Source: an uncultured Agathobaculum sp. (lineage in GTDB: Bacteria > Bacillota > Clostridia > Oscillospirales > Butyricicoccaceae). From it: a stretch of DNA of 64,000 bases. The stretch covers positions 30,464 through 94,463 of the forward strand of contig CALWUN010000001.1 in assembly GCA_944384735.1 (NCBI GenBank). The letters run 5' to 3'. Under the pieces are notes generated by a model, which saw only the letters and a list, made by a program, of their open reading frames with translations, did no database searches and was not told the origin of the DNA. A program made the position numbers and the translations under genes. This document shows, piece after piece, positions 18,502 to 27,764 of the stretch (its first letter is position 1; each line of letters starts with the position of its first letter).

Positions 18502-19464
18502 TTATATGATGATGCGGATTTCATTGACCGCCTGCTCATAACGGTGTTTGGCGTAAACCGCCATTTCCCGCACCAGCAGGATGCCCAGCGTATCCATATT
18601 CGCCAGCGGCCCGCCCGGCTGCATCCGGATTGCCAGCGGATTATACCGCGCGCCCGCATACCGCATGCGTACCATCAGGCTGTCGCTGATGGTCAGCTGC
18701 ATTTCCAGCCGGCCGTCCTCCGGCAGCTGCGCCAGAATCAGACAGCTCAACTCTTCCACGCAGCTCATCAGCGCGTACCCCTGTTTTTGTTCCAATCCCC
18801 GTGTGCGCGTCAGCATATCGACCGCATCACACATTTCCGCGATGCTATCCGTCTTGTTGAGCACTGTGTGCTCCAGATCGACCGGATCGCAGTCCGCATG
18901 CCGCATCAGCCAGCCGTGCGGCGCCGCCGGTTTGATGCCAAACATAGATGTCGCCGTAATCAGGCAGGGAATGCCCAGCAGCAGCGACCAAACGGTCGTG
19001 CTGGCACCGACCTGCGCCGCACGCGAACCCGCGCTGCATGCCCACAGCGGGCCGGGCACGCACGCCACCACAGCGGCTGCCGCCAGCGACGCCGCTGCAA
19101 TGCAAAGCACCACTGTCAGTACGTCCGTTCTCGTTTTGCAGCGCACCCGCGTGCGCACCGGCATCAGGTACCACACCGCTCCGGCGGCCATGCCAGCCGC
19201 CGCGGCAGCGACGGCTTCCACCAAAACTTCCAGCGCGGCCTCCTGTACCAGCACACCGGCCAGCAGCATGCCCAATCCTGCACCCACAGCGCCGACCGGC
19301 CCGCAAAGCAGGCCGAACAGAACGGGCAACATGTTTTTCGGCCCTGCTGCCGGAATCAGCCCCAACAGCTCGATCAAGCGGAACGGCAGGTCGAACAGTA
19401 CTGTGACCAGCACCGCCCCGACCAGCAGCCGCGCCGCACGCATCGGCTCACTTCTGTGCTTCAT
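18502..19464 (-). CDS. Membrane protein with an ECF-S-like TM domain fused to a degenerate anti-sigma/HATPase-like domain
   Basis: PKNMLPVLFGLLCGPVGAVG TM motif; C-terminal CVEEL...YAGARYNPL...LGILLVR resembling the RsbW-like gene at 23418. Confidence 0.55.
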   Translation of the reverse strand: MKHRSEPMRAARLLVGAVLVTVLFDLPFRLIELLGLIPAAGPKNMLPVLFGLLCGPVGAVGAGLGMLLAGVLVQEAALEVLVEAVAAAAAGMAAGAVWYLMPVRTRVRCKTRTDVLTVVLCIAAASLAAAAVVACVPGPLWACSAGSRAAQVGASTTVWSLLLGIPCLITATSMFGIKPAAPHGWLMRHADCDPVDLEHTVLNKTDSIAEMCDAVDMLTRTRGLEQKQGYALMSCVEELSCLILAQLPEDGRLEMQLTISDSLMVRMRYAGARYNPLAIRMQPGGPLANMDTLGILLVREMAVYAKHRYEQAVNEIRIII

Positions 19465-20359
19465 GCGCCGCCTCCTTTTTCCGCCATTGCAGGATCGCGC
19501 CGTCCGAGGTCAGCACGCCTAACAAAATGAGTACGCACCCGGCCAGCTTGAAAGGCGTGATCGTCTCCGGTTCGCTGCCCAGCATGGCGGGCAGGAACAG
19601 CGATGTCAGCAGTGTAAACACGATCTCGAACGAAAACAGCAGCGAAGCGTTCAGCGCGCTGACATAGCGCTGCGCATACACCTGCATCACCGTCGTAAAG
19701 CCGCGTACAAATACCGCGATCACCAGCACGCTGCTCCAGAACCGCATATCATGCGGCAACGACAGCAGCGTTTCCGGCTGGAAGATCAGCCAGCCCGCCA
19801 GACCAAACAGCGTGCCGAAAAACATCTGGCAAAGCGAGGTCAGAATCGGGTTAACGCTGCCGATAATCTGCCCCAGCACAACGATATATGCCGCGCTCAG
19901 CACATCTGCTGCCGCGATGATGAGCACGCCGTTGCCCATGCCGTCCAGCCGCGCGCCGGTCGCGAGCAGCAGGCCGAGCAGCACGATAGCCACGCCAACC
20001 AGATTGCTGACGCTCGCTTTTTTGCCGAAAAAACGCATGAATATCGGCACAAAGACGATGTTGGCCGCAGCAAAAAACGAGGCGGTCGAAGCGTCGAGCG
20101 AACGGGAACCCGCTGTGATCAGCATATTGGCGCCAAACAGCAGCATGGCAAGCAGCAGGCCGTTCCGGACGATCTTACGCGTCAGCTTGCGCAGCTCGTC
20201 GAAGAACACCGCCGTCAGGATGAGAAACCCGATGCCGTTTGTCAAGGCAAGAAAGGCAAAGGTGGAAATATCATCCGGGATGTTTCCGAGGAAGATGTAC
20301 TGCACCCCCCAGAAAAACGTCACCGAAAGCAAGGTCAGGTTGGCCTCCAGCTTGCTCAC
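19448..20359 (-). CDS. EamA/DMT family transporter
   Basis: About 10 TM segments; TFFWG, QVYAQRYVSA and FEIVF motifs; GTG start overlapping the upstream stop (GTGA). Confidence 0.85.
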   Translation of the reverse strand: MSKLEANLTLLSVTFFWGVQYIFLGNIPDDISTFAFLALTNGIGFLILTAVFFDELRKLTRKIVRNGLLLAMLLFGANMLITAGSRSLDASTASFFAAANIVFVPIFMRFFGKKASVSNLVGVAIVLLGLLLATGARLDGMGNGVLIIAAADVLSAAYIVVLGQIIGSVNPILTSLCQMFFGTLFGLAGWLIFQPETLLSLPHDMRFWSSVLVIAVFVRGFTTVMQVYAQRYVSALNASLLFSFEIVFTLLTSLFLPAMLGSEPETITPFKLAGCVLILLGVLTSDGAILQWRKKEAAHEAQK

Positions 20360-21267
20360 CCGTCCATCACCTCCGCACGGTATTTTTCCAGCAGCAAGGC
20401 CGGGTGGTAGGACAGCTTGAGCGCCCGCAGGCCCGGAATGCCGATATCCTCCTCGGCATTGACATACCGGAAGCCCTGCGCACAGCGGCATACGCATTCC
20501 TGAAACACCACGCGGTACAGGAACCGCTGTGCCGATGCCTTTTGCACCAGAATGTCATAAGTATCGCAGCCGACCGGGCAGCCATAGGAGTACCCAGCCA
20601 CCGCCCCGTCAATGCGCGCCACAATGCCGGACAGGCCCAGCGCGTCAAAGTGTTCCAGCGCAACAGCAATCGCACGATCCTCGCCTGCCAGCGAAGCATC
20701 CTCGCCCGCGGCGTCGTGCGCTGCCATCCAGGTGCGCTGGAACGCCAGCACCTCATCCGCGTGCGCCGCGCACAGCGGCTCGATCGTCAGCCGGTCGCCC
20801 AGCGTTTTCCAGCACTGGCGTGCTTCCTTGCGCTTTTGTTTGAGTCCCGCCCCCTCCAGCGTAGCCAGCGGCTGCGAGTCATATAGGTACTCCGCCCAAT
20901 CCCGGTCTGCCGTCATGCGGTATCGCCCGGGCGCCTGCGCTTCCAGCACCGATGCCTGTGCCCCGGTCAGTCCAAAAAACGCATATGGTCGGCCATCCGC
21001 TTGCGCGAAACGCTCCAGCGCGGCCAGGGCATCCGCAAAGCGCTCCGCCGCACACAGCGGGGCGAAATAGTCCACCCGTCCCGGTGTACGCGACAGACTG
21101 CGCAGGAATGCCGCGTCATCCGTCATGCACAATTCCGTTCCATATTTCCCCTGCAAACAATACACCGCCGCAAAGGCATACTGACAGGACTGTGTGCCGA
21201 CCTGCCGCGCCAATCCCTCAAAAGCGGCCCGCATGCCCAGCCTCGGTTTTTGAAATATGATTTCCAA
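20356..21267 (-). CDS. DUF2156 domain protein (GNAT-like, related to the aminoacyl-PG synthase C-terminal domain)
   Basis: DRDWAEYLY...LEG..LKQKR and YVNAEEDIGIPGLRALKLSYHP motifs; TTG start. Confidence 0.8.
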   Translation of the reverse strand: MEIIFQKPRLGMRAAFEGLARQVGTQSCQYAFAAVYCLQGKYGTELCMTDDAAFLRSLSRTPGRVDYFAPLCAAERFADALAALERFAQADGRPYAFFGLTGAQASVLEAQAPGRYRMTADRDWAEYLYDSQPLATLEGAGLKQKRKEARQCWKTLGDRLTIEPLCAAHADEVLAFQRTWMAAHDAAGEDASLAGEDRAIAVALEHFDALGLSGIVARIDGAVAGYSYGCPVGCDTYDILVQKASAQRFLYRVVFQECVCRCAQGFRYVNAEEDIGIPGLRALKLSYHPALLLEKYRAEVMDG

Positions 21268-21285
21268 TCCAGCAACCCCTTCTTG

Positions 21286-23421
21286 TCACCCTGCGATTTC
21301 CAGCAGCAGAATAGTGATATCGTCCGCCTGCTCTGCGCCGTTGGCAAACGCATGGATATCGTCCTGCAAGGCCTTCACCACCTGTTCGATCGGCGCATGC
21401 AGGATATCCGCGCGGTTCATCGTTGCGATCAGGCGATCCTCGCCGTACAGCTCCTCGGCAGGATCGAGCGCTTCGGTCACACCGTCCGTGTACAGCAGCA
21501 GCCGGTCGCCGCGACGCAGGTCGATTTTTTCACTGGCAAACTGCATCCCTTCCAGGCCGGCCAGCACAAAGCCGGGCTTGGCCTTGAGCCACTGGTATTC
21601 CTTTCCGCTGTGATACAGCAGCGGCGCGTTATGCCCCGCGTTGGCGTAAGTGAAGGTGCCGCTCGGCACATCCAGCACACCGACAAAACAGGTGACAAAC
21701 ATGCCCGCGTCATTGTTCTCACACAACTGGTTGTTGACGACCGTCAGCACCTCGCCCGGATCGCCGCTGAACCCGGCCTGATTTTTGATCAGCGTTTTGG
21801 TGATGACCATGAACAGTGCCGCCGGCACACCCTTACCCGAAACGTCTGCGATCACCACCCAAAGGTGGTTCGGGTCGGACAGGAAGAAATCATAGAAGTC
21901 GCCGCCGACCTTTTTGGCCGGGTGCATATCCGCATAGATATTGAACTCCTCCCGCTCCGGAAAAGCCGGGAAAATGCACGGCAGCATGGAGGTCTGGATC
22001 GTTGCCGCGACGTTCAGCTCGGCTGCGATGCGCTCACGGTCGGCGGTAATCGTCGCCAGATTGTTCATGTATTCCTTGAGGGAGACGGTCATGTGGTTGA
22101 TCGTATCCCCCAGTATCTCCAATTCGTCGCCGGTGTGCAGGTCGATCTCGTGATCCAGATTGCCCGCACCGATGGTCTGCGCGCCGTGCGTCAGCGTGCG
22201 GATCGGGTCGGTCAACCGGCGCGACTGCACGCGCGTGGCCGCCATGACCACCAGCACGATCGCCACGATCGCCACCGCAAAAAACGCCAGCATGATCGCG
22301 GTCATGCTGCTGACCGCCTCTGTCACCTCATCGGTTTCGGACATGATATGGTCATACATCGCCGAAGCCGGTGCGACGACCTCCTCGCGCGGTAGCACCA
22401 TGCCCAGGCTCCATCCGGTAGCCGGCACCGGCGCATAGGAGACAAACAACGGCTCGTCGGCCTGCGCCTCCAGAAAGCCGCTCTGTCCGGCGGTCATCTC
22501 TTCGACCACCACGGAAAAACCTTTCTGCTCGCCCAGATCGACCTGCTTATAGTTGCCATCCGGCCCGACCTTCAGATTGGGCGCGGAGATCATAATGCCG
22601 TTCTGGTCGATCAGGAAAGCGTAGCCGTCCTCGCCAACCTGCGCATTGACGATCGCTTCGTTGATGTCTTCGATCAGGATATCCATGCCCAGCACGCCCA
22701 CTGTTTCCCCTGAAAGCGTCTTGACCGGCGTGGCACAGGTGACCAGCAGGCGGCCGAATACATCCAGATACGTTTGGGTGAACACGGTATCGTCCTCGTC
22801 CAGCGCATTGATGTACCAATCGCGCTGGCGCGGGTCATAGCCGTCGTCAAACAGCTGCTGATATTCGTCCGCACTGTTCGGATCGTAGGACAGCATAAAA
22901 CCGGAATCCGATGCGAAATAGACCGAGGAAATCTCATCCTGATTTTGCCCGCACAGCGGCTGGAGCACATAAAATGCATGCTCGGTGCGCGCGATCTCAT
23001 CGGCCAGTTCCTCCTCCGACAGCCCGCTGACCGCACCGTACTGCATCACCCAATCGCCGTCGCGTCCTTCGCGGCTGTCGTCGATAACGACCGTGCTGTC
23101 ATACACCGGACCGACATAGCTGGCCAGCAGCTCGACCCGCGTCTTGATCGATTCCAGGCGCTGGTTGGTCAGGTCGGCCTTGGCGGCCGCTTCTGTGATC
23201 AGGTTTTCCTTGGCCTGCTCGATCAGCGCCTGTTCGCTGTCGGTCGCTGCCGTGCCGCCCAGATCCGAGCTGCTGTCGATCATACGGCTGCGCGCCAGCT
23301 GGATGCTGGCAAACGACACCAATGCACTGGTCAGCAGCGCCAACAGCGAGACGCTCAGCACCAGCCGGACGATTTTCCGCTGGATCGCGCCTTCTTTGCC
23401 CTTTTTATTCACCGACGTCAC
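21286..23421 (-). CDS. SpoIIE/PP2C (RsbU-like) phosphatase with extracellular Cache sensor and HAMP
   Basis: Two TMs flanking a Cache-type region (YDPRQRDWY); HAMP (GDELEIL); VGGDFYD, ADVSGKG, NAGH, YTDGVTE and DDIT PP2C motifs. Confidence 0.92.
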   Translation of the reverse strand: MTSVNKKGKEGAIQRKIVRLVLSVSLLALLTSALVSFASIQLARSRMIDSSSDLGGTAATDSEQALIEQAKENLITEAAAKADLTNQRLESIKTRVELLASYVGPVYDSTVVIDDSREGRDGDWVMQYGAVSGLSEEELADEIARTEHAFYVLQPLCGQNQDEISSVYFASDSGFMLSYDPNSADEYQQLFDDGYDPRQRDWYINALDEDDTVFTQTYLDVFGRLLVTCATPVKTLSGETVGVLGMDILIEDINEAIVNAQVGEDGYAFLIDQNGIMISAPNLKVGPDGNYKQVDLGEQKGFSVVVEEMTAGQSGFLEAQADEPLFVSYAPVPATGWSLGMVLPREEVVAPASAMYDHIMSETDEVTEAVSSMTAIMLAFFAVAIVAIVLVVMAATRVQSRRLTDPIRTLTHGAQTIGAGNLDHEIDLHTGDELEILGDTINHMTVSLKEYMNNLATITADRERIAAELNVAATIQTSMLPCIFPAFPEREEFNIYADMHPAKKVGGDFYDFFLSDPNHLWVVIADVSGKGVPAALFMVITKTLIKNQAGFSGDPGEVLTVVNNQLCENNDAGMFVTCFVGVLDVPSGTFTYANAGHNAPLLYHSGKEYQWLKAKPGFVLAGLEGMQFASEKIDLRRGDRLLLYTDGVTEALDPAEELYGEDRLIATMNRADILHAPIEQVVKALQDDIHAFANGAEQADDITILLLEIAG

Positions 23422-23831
23422 CTGCCTAACGCTTTGCGGATTGTCAGGATGTTGCTGTGATCCTCATAGCGGTATGAAACCTCATCCATCGTCTGCTTGA
23501 CCATGAAGATACCCAGGCCGCCAATGCCGCGCTCCTGCGCGGACAACGTAATATCCGGGTCCTCGCGCTGGAGCGGGTCGTATGGCACGCCCTGATCGAT
23601 CATTTCGATCTGCGCAACCGCCGGCGTCCCTTCGATCCGCATCCGGATGGTCGCCATGCCCTCCTTTGGCGGATAGGCATAGCTGAAAATATTGACGAAA
23701 ATCTCCTCGACCGCAACCATGATCTGCGTCTCGACCGCCGGATCGCAGTCTACCGCTGCCAACTCGCCGCTGACAAACGTCAGCACCGGATCCAGCTGCT
23801 CCAATTTAGCCGGTACACACAATTCTTTCAT
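23418..23831 (-). CDS. RsbW-like anti-sigma factor / serine kinase (HATPase_c)
   Basis: AVEEIFVNIFSYAY, DQGVPYDP and GGLGIFMV motifs; 137 aa. Confidence 0.88.
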   Translation of the reverse strand: MKELCVPAKLEQLDPVLTFVSGELAAVDCDPAVETQIMVAVEEIFVNIFSYAYPPKEGMATIRMRIEGTPAVAQIEMIDQGVPYDPLQREDPDITLSAQERGIGGLGIFMVKQTMDEVSYRYEDHSNILTIRKALGR

Positions 23832-26254
23832 TCTGCAACCCCCTGCCCTGTCTTTTCAGACTGTTCCGTATGGATGGTATCTAGATTCAGCAGCATTTGC
23901 GCCAGTTCCGCACGCGTTACCGGCTGCTGCGGATAGAAGCAGCCGTCTTCCATGCCCTCTACCAGACCGCTGCCGCGGCACAGGTAGACCGCCTCACGCG
24001 CCCATGCGCTGATATCATCCGCATCGCCAAAATCGCCCTGCAGCGAGGCCTGCAGCTTATCGCCGCGCCACGATGCAAACCGTGCCAGCACAGCACACAT
24101 CTCCTCGCGCGTGATGTTGTCCGACGGACGGAAGCTGCCGTCCCCGTCGCCCGTAACCACGCCGGTCAGCTGCGCCCATGCGATCGAAGCCGCAAACGGG
24201 GAATCCGCCGCCACGTCCGTAAACGGCGTTTGCTGTTCCGCCTCCGGCCGGCCCGCCAGCCGCCAGAGCGCTTCGACCACAACCGCGCGGGTCGCGCTGG
24301 TATCGGGTGCGAAGGTACGCGCGCCGTCTATCGCATCGATCAGTTCCCTGCCCGCGACAAAGTCCAGCGCCGGGATGTACCACGCCTCCGCTTGCAGATC
24401 GTCAAAGGTCTGCATGGCCAGCCCGGTAAAGTCCTCCGGCTGATCCGGCTCATCGGGTTCGTCGGGCTGATCCGGTTCGTCCGGTTGATCCGGCTCGTCG
24501 GGTTGATCCTCATCGCCCGGCTCTTCCCCGCCGTTTTCTGCGCGCACATCCTCCTCGGTCGGCAAGGTCGCCAGATAGCTTTCATAGGTCTGCGCGCTGT
24601 CGTCCTCCGGCATGGCAAAGGCCGGTTCGGTGACCGCCGCGATCTGTGCCACCCCGCTGCCGCCACTGACCTGCTGGTCGACCGCTGCGACCCCGCTGCC
24701 GCTGCCCGGCGCGGCGGACACGCTGCCGCCCGAGACCGTCATGCTGTTGGGTGAGCCCGCTGCCGTGTCGCCGTCCTCCGGCTGCACCGGAATTACGCCT
24801 TCCTCTGTCGTCACAACCGTCTTGGTGCCGCCCGCGCTCAGTCCAGCCGCCCCGTAGCCGCCGCCGGACTGCACTGTGCCGCCCGAAATCGTCGTCGTGC
24901 AGCCGGTCGCGCCTGCGCCAGCGCCAATGCCGGAAGCATCTTTTCCGCCGGTTGCCGCAACCGTGCCGCCCGAAATCGTAGTAACGAAATTTTCCGCATT
25001 AGAACCCGCGCCCACACCGGGCGCCTTGGTGCCGCCTCGTGCAGTCAGCGTGCCGCCGGTGACTTGAACCACGCCGCCCGATGCAGCTGCGCCGCCGCCC
25101 AGCGCCGCAGCGCCATAGCCGCCGGTCAGCAGCAGCTGGCCGCCCGACACCACAAACCGGCCGCCTGTACCGGCCGAACCCTGCCCGATGCCTGCGCTGC
25201 CGCTCAGGCCGGTCGCAGCGATCGTGCCGCCTTCCACAACGACCGTGCCGCACGCCTCATCTGCGCCGCCGCCGATGCCCGCGCCGCCTGCGCCGCCCGT
25301 AGCAGTCAGGCCGCCTGTGCTGTCCGCGCTGAACGTCAGCGTCGCGCCCTCGCAAACCTCGATGGCCGCGCAGGTCGTACCGGCACACAGCACATTCTCA
25401 CCCTTGCAGATCACCTCGGCCTGCGCGTCCGCCTCAATCCGCAACGGACACTTCCAACGATTTTCACTCAGGTCAAGCTGCAAATTTTCCAGCGTCAGCG
25501 CAACCGATTGCCCTGCCATGACCGTGACCGCGTGGCTGGGCCACGTCGAATCGCCGGTCAGGATGTAGTTTCCACTCGACGGGTAGCGCATGCTGACCGC
25601 ACCGTTTTCGATCAGGTAGAAACCATCCTCCGCCAGCTGCGCGCCGCAGTCGGTGACATCAATGGCAATCATCGGCGGCATTTCAATGCGCACAAATTTG
25701 CTCTTGCCGGGCGCGGTGGTATTGTGCGCGGTATACCAGCTGCTTCCGGCCTGCATGGTGCCGTTTTCAAACGTCACGCCGCCGCTTACCACCGCACAGT
25801 TGTCACCCTCGATATCCAGCCGTCCGTTGACCTCGCTGTCGATCTGCGCCAAATCATCCGGCGCGAGCAAAATCTTCTGCTCCACCGTGATCGCACCTTC
25901 GGAGTAAATACCGTAGCACACCGCTGAAATCTGATTCTCCCCCAGCAGCACCAGCTTGGCGCCCGCTGGAAGCACGACGCCGTTGATCGTCCGGTCCTCC
26001 CGCCAGCCAAAGTCCTCGATGATCCATTCCCGCTCCGGCTGGATATTCGCACCCATCAGCGTCAGCGTCTGTGTTTTGATATCCCAATACCAGCCCTCTG
26101 TCCGGCTGATCATGGATGTTTCAAACTCCGTGCAGTCCAACGTCGCGCGCCGGGTCTGCGCGGCTGCCGCTGTCACGCAGCATGCCGCCGCACAAAGCAG
26201 ACAAACCGACAGCAGACGCAGCATGCGTCCAATCCGCTGGCTCATCGGCAACAC
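23828..26254 (-). CDS. Secreted SLH-domain surface protein with Gly-rich repeat region (alternative start ATG 26245)
   Basis: Signal peptide; repeated GAGIG/xxxxGGTVxAxG units; acidic Pro linker; three C-terminal SLH repeats. Confidence 0.8.
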   Translation of the reverse strand: MLPMSQRIGRMLRLLSVCLLCAAACCVTAAAAQTRRATLDCTEFETSMISRTEGWYWDIKTQTLTLMGANIQPEREWIIEDFGWREDRTINGVVLPAGAKLVLLGENQISAVCYGIYSEGAITVEQKILLAPDDLAQIDSEVNGRLDIEGDNCAVVSGGVTFENGTMQAGSSWYTAHNTTAPGKSKFVRIEMPPMIAIDVTDCGAQLAEDGFYLIENGAVSMRYPSSGNYILTGDSTWPSHAVTVMAGQSVALTLENLQLDLSENRWKCPLRIEADAQAEVICKGENVLCAGTTCAAIEVCEGATLTFSADSTGGLTATGGAGGAGIGGGADEACGTVVVEGGTIAATGLSGSAGIGQGSAGTGGRFVVSGGQLLLTGGYGAAALGGGAAASGGVVQVTGGTLTARGGTKAPGVGAGSNAENFVTTISGGTVAATGGKDASGIGAGAGATGCTTTISGGTVQSGGGYGAAGLSAGGTKTVVTTEEGVIPVQPEDGDTAAGSPNSMTVSGGSVSAAPGSGSGVAAVDQQVSGGSGVAQIAAVTEPAFAMPEDDSAQTYESYLATLPTEEDVRAENGGEEPGDEDQPDEPDQPDEPDQPDEPDEPDQPEDFTGLAMQTFDDLQAEAWYIPALDFVAGRELIDAIDGARTFAPDTSATRAVVVEALWRLAGRPEAEQQTPFTDVAADSPFAASIAWAQLTGVVTGDGDGSFRPSDNITREEMCAVLARFASWRGDKLQASLQGDFGDADDISAWAREAVYLCRGSGLVEGMEDGCFYPQQPVTRAELAQMLLNLDTIHTEQSEKTGQGVAE
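24437..24510 (-). repeat. 9-bp coding tandem repeat encoding a (DQP/DEP)n linker
   Basis: Protein reads DQPDEPDQPDEPDQPDEPDEPDQP; DNA shows degenerate 9-mer repeats. Confidence 0.85.
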
Positions 26255-26330
26255 TTCCCCTCTTCATCTTTTTCAATATTGGTATAAGGAAAAAGGGCCG
26301 GAAAAATTTCTCTTTCCGCCCCCCGTTTTC

Positions 26331-26630
26331 TCATTCAATGGTCATGACCGAACTGAATCCCACCATATCCAGCACGTTCTTAACCGTCTCCCCTACATTG
26401 GTCAGCACCATGGACATATGCTTGGACTGCGCCGTTTTCTGCCCGATCAGCAAGACGCGCAGCCCTGCGCTGCTGATATAAGTGACCTTGGCAAAATCCA
26501 GCACGACTTTTTCCGACCCTTGGAACGCCTGCAGCACAGCCTGCTGCAGCTGGGTGCTTGTCATCGTATCCACACGGCCCTCGATCTCCAGCGTAGTGGT
26601 GGTACCGTTCCGGTTGGTTTGAATCGTCAT
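26331..26630 (-). CDS. STAS domain anti-sigma factor antagonist (RsbV/SpoIIAA-like)
   Basis: GRVDT, LDFAKVTYISSAGLRVL phospho-Ser motif, VLDMVGF; AAGGAG RBS. Confidence 0.92.
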   Translation of the reverse strand: MTIQTNRNGTTTTLEIEGRVDTMTSTQLQQAVLQAFQGSEKVVLDFAKVTYISSAGLRVLLIGQKTAQSKHMSMVLTNVGETVKNVLDMVGFSSVMTIE

Positions 26631-26664
26631 GACAATACTCTCCTTTTGATGGCAATAAAATATC

Positions 26665-27744
26665 CTATTGTAGACAGGTCAGCCCATTGAGCGCCGCGCC
26701 GCCATTCAGGCTGCCGCCCGTGCTCTGCACCAGCGCCGCATTGACATCCATGTAGCAATGGTAGTCCATCCCGGCACAGTCCCCTAGGAACACGATGCTC
26801 ACACGCGTGCGGATCGGCCGGAACTGGTCGATCAAATACAGCAGCTTGGCATGCAGCTGTTCGTCCGAGCGCCGCGCGATCAACACGGTAAAGGCGAACG
26901 GCTCTTCCCCGTTCTGCTCGCGGCTGCCCTCCGGCCCGACGCGTTCCAGGATATACACCGGCTCTTCGACCAGCAGGTGCACGATCTCCTCAATGGCCGC
27001 GCGCGTCCCCTTGCGGGACAACAGCCGGAACCCCGAACGGATCAGCTGACGGCACTGCCGGTCGCTGAGGAAGCCGCCCTCGATCTCCAGCCCCAGCCAG
27101 TCGGCAAACACAGGCAGCAACGCCGCCGGTGCGGTATCCGGGTCAAACAGGGCGGGCAGCCCGTCGATCTCCTCCTGCAAATCGTTGTACAGCGAAGAAA
27201 ACACCGAAAGGTACCGGTGCATAAACTCGCCGTTGCGGCGGTAAACCTCGGGAAAGGTTTGGAAGAAATTATCGCCCGGCGCATACACACGCAGATCGTG
27301 CAGGCAGGCGCTGCCCGCCCCGATCAGTTCTACGCACAGCCACAGGTAACGTCCCCGCTGCCCATAGAGCAGGATATCGCTCGCGCCGACCTGACGGATG
27401 GAGTCAGACAACTCAAACAGGCGCATTTTGCGCCGCGCGTCCAGCGCGGGGTCGCGCAGGAAGTCGTCGGTCTGTACCGTCTCCCCGTTCCGCAGGATGC
27501 GGTTTTCGTCCGACGCCAGCGCGCGGACCACCAGCACCATATCAGACGGCAGTTCAGCCGACAGCACAAAGCGTCCCCATTCGCAGTTTTCCACCCCGGC
27601 ATCCAGCGCGCGCAGAAACAGCACATGGTAGCCTTCCTCCGGCAGGGTATGTATCGCGCCCTGCCCGTCGGCCTCAAACCCATAGCAGCTGCCGCCGCGC
27701 AGACGGCTGGCGCCGATGCGGTATTTTTTCAGCAGTTTTTCCAT
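26665..27744 (-). CDS. CIS baseplate/tail protein with a P2 gpI-like domain
   Basis: FPEVYR, LFDPDTAPAALLPVFADWLG and RKGTRAAIEE motifs; located after the baseplate-J genes. Confidence 0.75.
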   Translation of the reverse strand: MEKLLKKYRIGASRLRGGSCYGFEADGQGAIHTLPEEGYHVLFLRALDAGVENCEWGRFVLSAELPSDMVLVVRALASDENRILRNGETVQTDDFLRDPALDARRKMRLFELSDSIRQVGASDILLYGQRGRYLWLCVELIGAGSACLHDLRVYAPGDNFFQTFPEVYRRNGEFMHRYLSVFSSLYNDLQEEIDGLPALFDPDTAPAALLPVFADWLGLEIEGGFLSDRQCRQLIRSGFRLLSRKGTRAAIEEIVHLLVEEPVYILERVGPEGSREQNGEEPFAFTVLIARRSDEQLHAKLLYLIDQFRPIRTRVSIVFLGDCAGMDYHCYMDVNAALVQSTGGSLNGGAALNGLTCLQ

Positions 27745-27764
27745 GCTTCTCCCCCGTTTTCCGG

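Noticed and set aside
24437-24510. CRISPR-like or non-coding tandem repeat
   Set aside because: Degenerate 9-bp units without spacers that encode an in-frame DQP/DEP linker; no cas genes in the window.
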